DNA of 59,763 nucleotides from Desulfobacterales bacterium (GTDB taxonomy: Bacteria; Desulfobacterota; Desulfobacteria; Desulfobacterales; JAFDHS01), in contig JAUUWG010000002.1 of assembly GCA_030589165.1 (NCBI GenBank), forward strand, positions 1-59,763. Reading direction: 5' to 3'. The notes beneath the pieces are model-generated. The model was not told the DNA's origin. It was given only the letters and a program-made list of their open reading frames with translations, and made no database searches. A program made the position numbers and the translations under genes. This document shows, one piece after another, positions 52,948 through 59,763 of the stretch; the first letter of the stretch is position 1, and the number at the start of each line of letters is the position of its first letter.

Positions 52948-53636
52948 GATCGAGTAAATTCTCACGCAGCCGATCATTGGTGGTTCTGATCCCGGCGCTA
53001 AACGAAGTGCTTACCATAGGTCGCATTGTTCGGGACGTCAAGGCGGCAGTTAACGGCGATGTGGTCGTGATCGACGATGCCAGCACGGACGGTACCGCGG
53101 AGGCGGCTCGGGCGGCAGGAGCTGTGGTCTTGCCGCACACCTTGCGCTCAGGTGCGTGGGGTGCCATGCGGACAGGTTTTCGCTACGCCGCCGCCCATGG
53201 TTACGAGATTGCGGTGACAATGGATGCGGACGGCCAACATCCTGCCGATTCCGTTCTATCCGTTGTTGCCCCTGTTGAATCGAATCAGGCGGATGTGGTT
53301 ATCGGATCGTGTCTGCATCGGGGAAGTCCGGCCAGGAAATTTGCGTGGGCCTTTTTTCGTAAACTTGCAATGCTTGAGATCAAAGATTTGACGTCGGGGT
53401 TCCGCGCTTACAATCGTGATGCCATTTGCGCCCTCATATCGGCTGACACCGGCCTTCTCGATTATCAGGACATCGGGGTTCTGCTTTGTCTGCAAAAGAG
53501 AGGCCTTAAGATATCAGAAACACCGGTAAAGATGTGCCCCAGAATTTCGGGACATTCAAGAGTCTTTTCATCGTGGTTTGCTGTCTTTCAGTACCTGGTC
53601 TTTACAGGGATTTTGTGTTTATCCAAATTGAAATAA
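52944..53636 (+). CDS. GT2 polyprenyl-phosphate sugar synthase-like (Dpm1/GtrB/ArnC-type)
   Basis: Short GT2 of 230 aa. LIPALNEVLTIGRIV...VIDDASTDGT...MDADGQH. Followed by a DUF2304 gene, the common pairing. Confidence 0.75.
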   Translation: MRSSKFSRSRSLVVLIPALNEVLTIGRIVRDVKAAVNGDVVVIDDASTDGTAEAARAAGAVVLPHTLRSGAWGAMRTGFRYAAAHGYEIAVTMDADGQHPADSVLSVVAPVESNQADVVIGSCLHRGSPARKFAWAFFRKLAMLEIKDLTSGFRAYNRDAICALISADTGLLDYQDIGVLLCLQKRGLKISETPVKMCPRISGHSRVFSSWFAVFQYLVFTGILCLSKLK

Positions 53637-53750
53637 CGGCCTGAGTTTTCGAAATTCAGCAAAGGAAAGATCCTGTGCCTGGTAAGGATCGGGCAACCGT
53701 CTATCCCATTCCATAAATAAATGGTTGCGCTCCATTAGAGCGTTCCGGAG

Positions 53751-54167
53751 GTGCCATTGTTTACTTATCGTTTGACATCATTAGTATTGGGTTTTGTGAT
53801 AGCAGGCGTTATAATTCAACTGGTTCGCAGAGATCTTCTGCATACCAGATATTCCGTCCTGTGGTTTCTGATTGCCATCGCAGCTGTCGTGTTTGGGGCC
53901 TTTCCGCACCTGAACGACTGGATCGCGGTAAAGCTGGGTGTCCATTATCCACCGATCCTGTTTATTATCACCGGAATGGGGATAATTCTGATCAAGATCC
54001 TGACGATGGACATTGACCGTTCAAAGCAGGAACAAAAACTCCGCATACTCAATGAGAAAATTGCCATATTGGAAGGCGAAAAACATTCCGGAGCGAGAAA
54101 ACAAGAGAACCATCGGTCAACTTTCTGCCCAAACGATCAAATAGATCCACATCACCGTCTTTCATAA
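53751..54167 (+). CDS. DUF2304 family small membrane protein
   Basis: Three or four TM helices plus LVRRDLLHTRYSVLWFLIA. GTG start at 53751, or TTG at 53757 after GGAGG. Confidence 0.65.
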   Translation: MPLFTYRLTSLVLGFVIAGVIIQLVRRDLLHTRYSVLWFLIAIAAVVFGAFPHLNDWIAVKLGVHYPPILFIITGMGIILIKILTMDIDRSKQEQKLRILNEKIAILEGEKHSGARKQENHRSTFCPNDQIDPHHRLS

Positions 54168-54188
54168 CCGGAACACTTTGCATTTCAC

Positions 54189-54205
54189 AATTGCAAATTG
54201 CAATT
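54189..54205. promoter_or_regulatory. Perfect palindrome AATTGCAA-A-TTGCAATT, 16 nt upstream of a sigma54 -24 element
   Basis: Read directly from the sequence. 8-bp arms with a 1-nt spacer. Candidate operator. Confidence 0.35.
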
Positions 54206-54220
54206 TTGAAATAGGGCTAT

Positions 54221-54236
54221 TGGCATGGTCATTGCA
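54221..54236 (+). promoter_or_regulatory. Sigma54 (RpoN) -24/-12 promoter candidate for the CAP-domain gene
   Basis: TGGCAT-GGTCA-TTGCA matches TGGCAY-N5-TTGCW with correct GG/GC spacing. It lies about 20-35 nt upstream of the candidate start codons. Confidence 0.55.
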
Positions 54237-54255
54237 TCTCTGATTAAAAAATCTT

Positions 54256-55158
54256 TTGGAGACCATGAGTATGAAAATTTTAAAAATAGCCCTCATATAT
54301 TTTTTTTTGGCCCTTTGTATGGCCCCGGCAGTTCCTGCGGACGACTATTTGGATGCCTCTTTTTACCTGTGGCGGCTGATCAATGAGACCAGAAATAAAC
54401 CGTTACAAACCTTGGCAAAGTTTGGGATCGAGGAACAATCGGCCCGCGAAGCCTTGGGAGCGGAGGGCTGGATTCTGGATCAGGGGCTTCCGCCGCTGGC
54501 CTGGAACCAGAATCTCTTTGACTCGGCCTGGGGTCATAATCAGGATATGATCGACAATCTTTATTACGCCTACAATTCCCCGGATGGCACCACTGTTACC
54601 GAAAGAATCGCGGCTGCCGGATACGATGCCCTGAATACGGGTGAGAGTCTGGGCGCCCTGCTTTTTGACACGTATCTGGAGCCGATGGAAGCGGTGGATA
54701 TCATCTTCACCAACATGCTGAAGGACGAACTGGCCCCCGGCAACCCTTTGGCAAGGAATATCTTCAATCCCGCTTTTACCGAGATCGGGATCGCGCTTAC
54801 GGCGGCCCGGCTTGATCTCGGGGATGATCTTTCTACGAACGCCTACGTTGCCGTGGCCGACTTCGGGCAGCCGCTTCAGCCGCGGGCCTTTCTGCTGGGC
54901 AACGTCTATCACGATCCTGATGGCGACGGGACCATGAATCCGGCGGATGCGGCTTCCGGGGTGAATGTGGTACTCAGACTACTGGCTCCGAATATTGAGC
55001 TGGAAATGCCGGTCGGGCCTCTCGGCGCTTACCAGTTTGAGCTTCCCGCCGGTTTTCTGCTGCTTGAGGCAAGGAATGCCGCCGGGCAGGTTGTGGCCCG
55101 GAGGAGCGTTTTCAGGCAGGAGAACAATCAGCTGGTGGACTTGAGGGTCGGGGATTGA
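54256..55158 (+). CDS. Secreted CAP (SCP/PR-1, YkwD-like) domain protein
   Basis: Signal peptide MKILKIALIYFFLALCMAPAVPA. CAP pattern LINETRNKP...LAWNQNLFDSAWGHNQDMI...SPDGTTVTERIAAAGY...GESLG. The track start is TTG 54256. ATG 54271 after GGAGA is more likely. Confidence 0.75.
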   Translation: METMSMKILKIALIYFFLALCMAPAVPADDYLDASFYLWRLINETRNKPLQTLAKFGIEEQSAREALGAEGWILDQGLPPLAWNQNLFDSAWGHNQDMIDNLYYAYNSPDGTTVTERIAAAGYDALNTGESLGALLFDTYLEPMEAVDIIFTNMLKDELAPGNPLARNIFNPAFTEIGIALTAARLDLGDDLSTNAYVAVADFGQPLQPRAFLLGNVYHDPDGDGTMNPADAASGVNVVLRLLAPNIELEMPVGPLGAYQFELPAGFLLLEARNAAGQVVARRSVFRQENNQLVDLRVGD

Positions 55159-55208
55159 GGAACGTTGGCTATATTTAACCAACTGTGTTTTGATCTAACC
55201 AGAGGAAA

Positions 55209-55378
55209 GGGTTAGGGGATAAGAGTATAGTGTATAAGAAAAATTTTCATTATATCATAAGGGAGTGCCATGCTATTTCGTGCATGTTAAACCGGCTTAT
55301 CCAGGCCAGGATTGTATCCGTTAATGAAAAAAGTAGGCCCGTTATCATACTTTTTGCACCTTAATATTTAAACCCTAA
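55209..55378. repeat. GGGTTAGGGG word (55209..55218) and its complement AACCCTAA (55371..55378) bracketing an ORF-free segment; possibly a decayed four-helix-bundle cassette
   Basis: Same word and same left/right polarity as the cassette at 22935..23367. The minus strand between them encodes AKSMITGLLFSL, weakly reminiscent of the C-terminus of four-helix-bundle proteins. The arms are not collinear enough for a clean hairpin. Confidence 0.3.
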
Positions 55379-55407
55379 ACTTTATACTTGATGCCCTTAT
55401 CCTTTGC

Positions 55408-55423
55408 TGGCACAATTTTTGCT
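55408..55423 (+). promoter_or_regulatory. Sigma54 (RpoN) -24/-12 promoter candidate for the 887-aa surface protein gene
   Basis: TGGCAC-AATTT-TTGCT is an exact match to TGGCAC-N5-TTGCW. It lies about 155 nt upstream of ATG 55579. Confidence 0.6.
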
Positions 55424-55578
55424 CATCTCTATCGTTTCAAAGCTATTTAAAAACAAGAAAGGAGGTGATACGGTTAAGGTAAATGAATGATTAAATTAGT
55501 GCTCATTAATAGGGTACGAGAAAATGGATTAATGGAAATTAATATTTTGAACCACTAAAATTTTACAGGAGAAAGTGA

Positions 55579-58242
55579 ATGATAGGAATTAAAAAAAAGC
55601 TTGTTGCTCCCATTGTTGCGCTAATGTTTGTATGCGGCACGATGGTGAGTGGGGCGTGGGCCGAAACCTCAACCCAAAGTGGTTATTTTGTTATTGATAA
55701 AACTACTGTTACGGCCGGAGAAACCATCAATTTATCCATTCTGGGTCTTGATGAAGAAGGCAAGGTAGACCTTTTCGGAGAACAGTTCGGCGCAACTATT
55801 ATGGCCGTGGTGAGCAGCCAATTAGGTGAGGTTAAGGATGGTGGCACTAGTGGAAACTGGCCTGTAACGGGATCTTGGGCTGCAACTATTAAGTATATCG
55901 AACTTGTTCAAGGAGTTGGTCAAGTACATATTAAGTACCCAGCTACCGTATCAGGCACCGATAAGCTAACCGTAACGCTGCAGGAAAAATTTTTTAATGA
56001 ACAGGGAGGTGTCACTTACAATACCATCGATACCTTTTCGCAGAATGTCACGGTCAATGCAGCCTCGGCTGTCGTTAAATCGCTTGATATTACGAAATTT
56101 GAACCTAGCCCTGCAGATGACGATGGTGATGATACTCCAGCTGATGGTATTAATGGCGCAATGACAGCAGGCATTGCCGGCGGTCAGGTAACGATAAAAG
56201 CCGATAACGACGCAGCAAGCGGACCTGTAACATTAACCCTTTACACGGCTCTCGGTACCGCATACACCTTTACCGGTACAATGGGTGCAGGTACTGCCAC
56301 TATCACCTTTGATTCATCGGTCACAAAAGCTGGAAAATATTACATTAAGGCCGAATTGGAAGGATTTGACGGCGACTCGATTGATTTTAATGACAGCGAT
56401 ACTCTCACCGTCAAGGCTAAGCAAACCGTTAAAGGGCTTTTGCTGGCCTCAGAGAAATCGGTTATCAGTAATGATAATATCCCTAATGCAAGCACTGTGG
56501 TAACCGCTTATGTTCTGGATGAATATGGCAATAAGACCACAAATAATACCGGGACTGACATAACGTTAGAGATTAAGGATGATAACGAGGTAGTAAGTGA
56601 TACGGCTCTCACAATTACCATTATCGATGGCGCTTCAGAAGGTACTGACTATTTGGGCGAAGGGAATAATGATGTATTGAAGCTGGGAACCGCCTCTCTT
56701 GTAGCCAGTACTCCTGCTATAGCTACGATTGCTGATTCCGCTCCGCTTGAAATTAAGGTTGTGGATAAGAACCTGATAGCTCAACTTGATGCGACCTTTA
56801 CTTCTTCTAAAAAAGCTGGAGAGAACTTCGATGCGTTTAATGTACGTGTTGATGCAGATGTGTTTGGAGATTATGCGGTAACTGATTCAGTCCTCTCCGA
56901 TGCCGTAGCAACAACAATGGTGATCAAACATGTGGTCAATGGATTTGTGATAGAAAGCATCGAAGCTAATATTGCCGCGGATTATGCTGACCTCGAGGCG
57001 CTGTTCCAGAAGGCGACCGGAACGATTACCGCTGCCGCTGATGAATATTATATCATTGCCGATAAGAAGAATCGTTATGGGGAATGCATAGTGGCTAACC
57101 AAGGCGGTGATACGAACTCGGATATTCTTACAGCCGCACCAAATTCGGCCAAGGTGGTAAACGGTCATAATGAAGAAGTGACAACAATTCCGGTGAACTT
57201 GGACTTAGTTACTGGCAACTACGTAGCCAAGATTCCCGAAGCACAACTGAAAATGGCGGATTCCTTTGGAAACTCCATAACTTCTGTTGATGCTGGAACT
57301 TTCTCTATTACTTCGGAAAAAGGCGAGGTGGGTCTATTTGTAGCTGGTGATGGTGATTTAACGCCTGGAGGCACGGATGGAACCATTGCAAGCATTACGT
57401 ATGATCCTAATGTGTTTACAGGAACGGATACCATCGAACTCGCCTACACCAAACCAGGCGTAGAAACAAACACGTTAGAGGCAACCGTTCCGGCCAAGCC
57501 TGAGCTGAATTCCATCGTAATCAGCGTCTCACAAGCGAATATTCCTCTCAACGGCGTGATTGCCGTGAGCGTGGAAACACTGGATCAGAATGGCGCTAAA
57601 TACGATGATCCGACGGGTATTATCATCGGAATCAGCGGTACGGTAACCCCTACAGTCGAAGCGAAGAATCCTTCGTGGACTACCTTGAGCTCAGGACAAA
57701 GAGTTGATTTCACTACTGGTCCTGGTCGAAATGTCTTAGCTATTACGGTGCAAGATATCACCGGCGAATTTACGCTGAGCTTCTCTAATGCAGACGGAAC
57801 AGTGACCGCTGAAAAGAAATTCACAGTGACTGAGATCGCGCAACCAGGGCCGACAGTGATCGGCGAAGCAGCCGGTGCATCGACCACTGAAGTCGCAGCG
57901 ACTGATTCACTTGAACTGAACCTCAACGTCACCCCTGAAGCCGGTGATACCCCGGCCCAGGAATATCTGGCGATCAACTTCACGCAGGGCGGCGTTGATT
58001 TCGGCTGGTTCGTTTTCACACCGGCAGCCGGTTTTGTACCGGTCGGCCAGACGGGTTGGGAAGACGTGCAGCTTGATACCAGCGGCGCGGTTAACGGCGT
58101 TCTCTCCCTGGCGGTATTGTCCATGGACGATCTGACGCTGGGCGCAGGCGACACCTTCACCTACGGTTATGCCTACACCACGACTGCGAGTGATTTCGAT
58201 ACGCTCGTATTCAGCAATGTCAATACAATTGTCGTAAAATAA
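55579..58242 (+). CDS. Large secreted T/G/A/D/V-rich surface protein with Ig-like (Big-type) repeats; candidate S-layer or adhesin
   Basis: RBS AGGAGA. Signal peptide MIGIKKKLVAPIVALMFVCGTMVSGAWA. Only one Cys follows the signal peptide (GECIVANQGG). Repeated beta-strand-like segments. A strong terminator follows. Confidence 0.6.
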   Translation: MIGIKKKLVAPIVALMFVCGTMVSGAWAETSTQSGYFVIDKTTVTAGETINLSILGLDEEGKVDLFGEQFGATIMAVVSSQLGEVKDGGTSGNWPVTGSWAATIKYIELVQGVGQVHIKYPATVSGTDKLTVTLQEKFFNEQGGVTYNTIDTFSQNVTVNAASAVVKSLDITKFEPSPADDDGDDTPADGINGAMTAGIAGGQVTIKADNDAASGPVTLTLYTALGTAYTFTGTMGAGTATITFDSSVTKAGKYYIKAELEGFDGDSIDFNDSDTLTVKAKQTVKGLLLASEKSVISNDNIPNASTVVTAYVLDEYGNKTTNNTGTDITLEIKDDNEVVSDTALTITIIDGASEGTDYLGEGNNDVLKLGTASLVASTPAIATIADSAPLEIKVVDKNLIAQLDATFTSSKKAGENFDAFNVRVDADVFGDYAVTDSVLSDAVATTMVIKHVVNGFVIESIEANIAADYADLEALFQKATGTITAAADEYYIIADKKNRYGECIVANQGGDTNSDILTAAPNSAKVVNGHNEEVTTIPVNLDLVTGNYVAKIPEAQLKMADSFGNSITSVDAGTFSITSEKGEVGLFVAGDGDLTPGGTDGTIASITYDPNVFTGTDTIELAYTKPGVETNTLEATVPAKPELNSIVISVSQANIPLNGVIAVSVETLDQNGAKYDDPTGIIIGISGTVTPTVEAKNPSWTTLSSGQRVDFTTGPGRNVLAITVQDITGEFTLSFSNADGTVTAEKKFTVTEIAQPGPTVIGEAAGASTTEVAATDSLELNLNVTPEAGDTPAQEYLAINFTQGGVDFGWFVFTPAAGFVPVGQTGWEDVQLDTSGAVNGVLSLAVLSMDDLTLGAGDTFTYGYAYTTTASDFDTLVFSNVNTIVVK

Positions 58243-58303
58243 CAAACCATACCATCACTCCGGATCGGATTCCTTCGGTCCGGGGTTGATCTGATCAACT
58301 TGA

Positions 58304-58339
58304 GGCAAGGGGTGAGTTTATCCCCTTGCCTTTCTTGTT
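58304..58339 (+). terminator. Rho-independent terminator
   Basis: GGCAAGGGG-TGAGTTTAT-CCCCTTGCC is a 9-bp perfect GC-rich stem, followed by TTTCTTGTT, 62 nt after the stop codon. Confidence 0.8.
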
Positions 58340-58388
58340 GATGCAGTAGAGGATTGGGGTTGAATCAGGAGAAACCAAGGAAGCAACA

Positions 58389-59763
58389 ATGACCAAACAC
58401 AATGTTCTAAGAATCGCGTATACCATTTTGCTGATCGGCCTGTTTTTGGTGCCCAGCGTTTACGGAACGGAGACGGTTGAGGTGCTGGTCGGGATAAAGG
58501 CGGATGCCGGGCCCTACTCATGGCCGCAAGAGGTGGTTGAGAAGCGCTGTATCCCGGCTTCCCGTATCTGTCGCGTATGGGTTGCGGCTGACCAGGTTGA
58601 TGGTTTCCTCTCGAAGCTTAAACAGGCGGACTGGGTGGAATTCGTTGAACCGTCCGGCACTGCTAAAATCGAAACTGCAATCTTTGATTCCCAATTTGCA
58701 AACGGCAATTCGCCATCCGACTGGCAGGCTATCATCAACCTCTCCTCTTTTGCAAAATTGGCGGACGGCGAAGGGGTTATGGTGGCGGTGCTTGATACCG
58801 GAATTGACCTTGCAAACCCCTTTTTTTCTTCCCGCCTGTGGCAAAACACGAGGGAAATACCGGATGACGGGATCGATAATGACGGCAACGGCTACCCGGA
58901 TGATGTGAGCGGCTGGGATTTCGGTGACAACGATAACGATCCGCAGGACGAGAACGGTCACGGCACGAATGTCTCAGCCCTGTTCCTTGGCGTTGCAGCG
59001 GCCGGCAGGGTTCTGCCGCTAAAGCTGAACCCGGGCGGCAGCAACATGTTCACCATCGGGGAGGCCGTGGAAGGGATTTTTTATGCAATTTCGGCCGGCG
59101 CAGGGGTGATCAATATGAGCTTCACCGCAGAAGCCGATTCCGAGGCATTGGCAGCCGCAGTCCGGGCCGCGCATGAGGCAGGGGTCGTGCTGGTGGCTGC
59201 CGCCGGAAACAACGGCGCCGGGGTGGAATTTCCGGCCAGCATGCCTGAGGTGATCGCGGTCGGCTCCCTCGATGTTGCCGATGATGTCGCCTGGTTTTCT
59301 CCCCAGGGACCAGAGATCGATATCACGGCTCCCGGCGTGGCGATCGAAACCACAGCCCTGGGCGGCGGCACGACATGGGTATCGGGCACGTCAATGAGTG
59401 CCCCCATGGTCAGCGGCGCGGCGGCGGTTCTGCGTTCCATGAACCCCCACCTCAAGGCCGCTACGGTGCGGATCCTCCTTTTGGATGGCACCAAAGATCT
59501 GGGAGAAGCCGGCCGGGACACCTTCTTTGGGGCCGGTGCCCTGGACAGCGCGGCGCTCCGGGCCGCGGCGACGCCGCGGATTATCCTCCCCTCTTCTTTC
59601 TTTGGCATTTTGGGGCGAGAAAACCCGATGACAGTCAGTTTTCACCTTCCGCCGATGGATACGCGGGCCGAAATCTTTGTCGGGCTTTTGGGACCTGACG
59701 GCTTGAACTGGCTCGATCCTTGGGGAGCATGGCACGATGCGGCGGCGGAACCCCTCGCGAGCC
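58389..59763 (+). CDS. Subtilisin-like S8 serine peptidase (partial, open at the window end; absent from the ORF track)
   Basis: Manual translation from ATG 58389 gives signal peptide MTKHNVLRIAYTILLIGLFLVPSVYG. The catalytic triad is in VAVLDTGID, NGHGTNV and GTSMSAPMVSGAAAVL. No stop codon occurs before 59763. Confidence 0.85.
   Translation, partial: MTKHNVLRIAYTILLIGLFLVPSVYGTETVEVLVGIKADAGPYSWPQEVVEKRCIPASRICRVWVAADQVDGFLSKLKQADWVEFVEPSGTAKIETAIFDSQFANGNSPSDWQAIINLSSFAKLADGEGVMVAVLDTGIDLANPFFSSRLWQNTREIPDDGIDNDGNGYPDDVSGWDFGDNDNDPQDENGHGTNVSALFLGVAAAGRVLPLKLNPGGSNMFTIGEAVEGIFYAISAGAGVINMSFTAEADSEALAAAVRAAHEAGVVLVAAAGNNGAGVEFPASMPEVIAVGSLDVADDVAWFSPQGPEIDITAPGVAIETTALGGGTTWVSGTSMSAPMVSGAAAVLRSMNPHLKAATVRILLLDGTKDLGEAGRDTFFGAGALDSAALRAAATPRIILPSSFFGILGRENPMTVSFHLPPMDTRAEIFVGLLGPDGLNWLDPWGAWHDAAAEPLAS

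Noticed and set aside
59081-59608. A minus-strand 175-aa ORF, together with 59375..59698 (+) and 59391..59735 (-).
   Set aside because: They overlap the clearly motif-bearing S8 peptidase frame. Their composition is A/P/R-rich low complexity.
1-59763. rRNA, tRNA, riboswitch and CRISPR content.
   Set aside because: A by-eye scan of the ORF-free gaps showed no cloverleaf-like or rRNA-like segments and no repeat-spacer arrays. Dedicated tools (tRNAscan-SE, Infernal/Rfam) would be needed to exclude small ncRNAs.

Overview
This 59.8-kb window is bacterial. Its gene content looks Desulfobacterota/deltaproteobacterium-like, but I cannot prove taxonomy from the sequence alone.

Layout: the window is dominated by a very large cell-surface glycan / glycoconjugate biosynthesis island. 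The island is arranged as a divergon, with a hinge at about 25.0-26.6 kb that is occupied by a solo tnpB.

Minus-strand arm (25000 down to 2943):
- a Wzm/Wzt-type ABC exporter whose ATPase has a Wzt-C-like extension
- several GT2 genes, including a 928-aa triple-GT2
- a GT-C membrane transferase next to a UbiA-family polyprenyl-phosphate phosphoribosyltransferase-like gene
- a B12-binding radical-SAM enzyme, a Zn-ribbon methyltransferase, a PIG-L deacetylase, a GNAT and an SDR epimerase
- secreted beta-helix and LVIVD-like proteins

Plus-strand arm (26609 to the window end):
- GT4/GT-B transferases and two sulfotransferase-fusion proteins
- one uninterrupted 2,913-codon ORF fusing about nine carbohydrate-enzyme modules
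- a BNR_4-like propeller and a GT2
- a standalone paralog of the giant ORF's 'unknown domain + alginate-lyase-fold' module
- a second ABC exporter
- a TPR-GT-C / polyprenyl-P-sugar synthase / DUF2304 module
- CAP-domain and 887-aa Ig-like surface protein genes, each behind a sigma54-type -24/-12 motif
- a partial S8 protease that is open at the window end and therefore missing from the ORF track

Left 3 kb (mobilome/TA-like): a DUF4160-DUF2442 pair, a RAYT/IS200-like Y1 transposase plus a 5' fragment of a second copy, hicAB, and a local repeat family.

Intergenic repeats: a recurring element type is inverted arrays of tandem heptamers. One of them carries a frameshifted four-helix-bundle (23S rRNA IVS protein/Avd-like) gene wedged between wzm and wzt.

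Not found: no rRNA, tRNA or CRISPR array was recognised.

Most interesting candidates: the nine-module ORF, the duplicated unknown-domain/lyase-fold module, the sulfotransferase chain-terminator-like fusions, and the heptamer-array cassettes.
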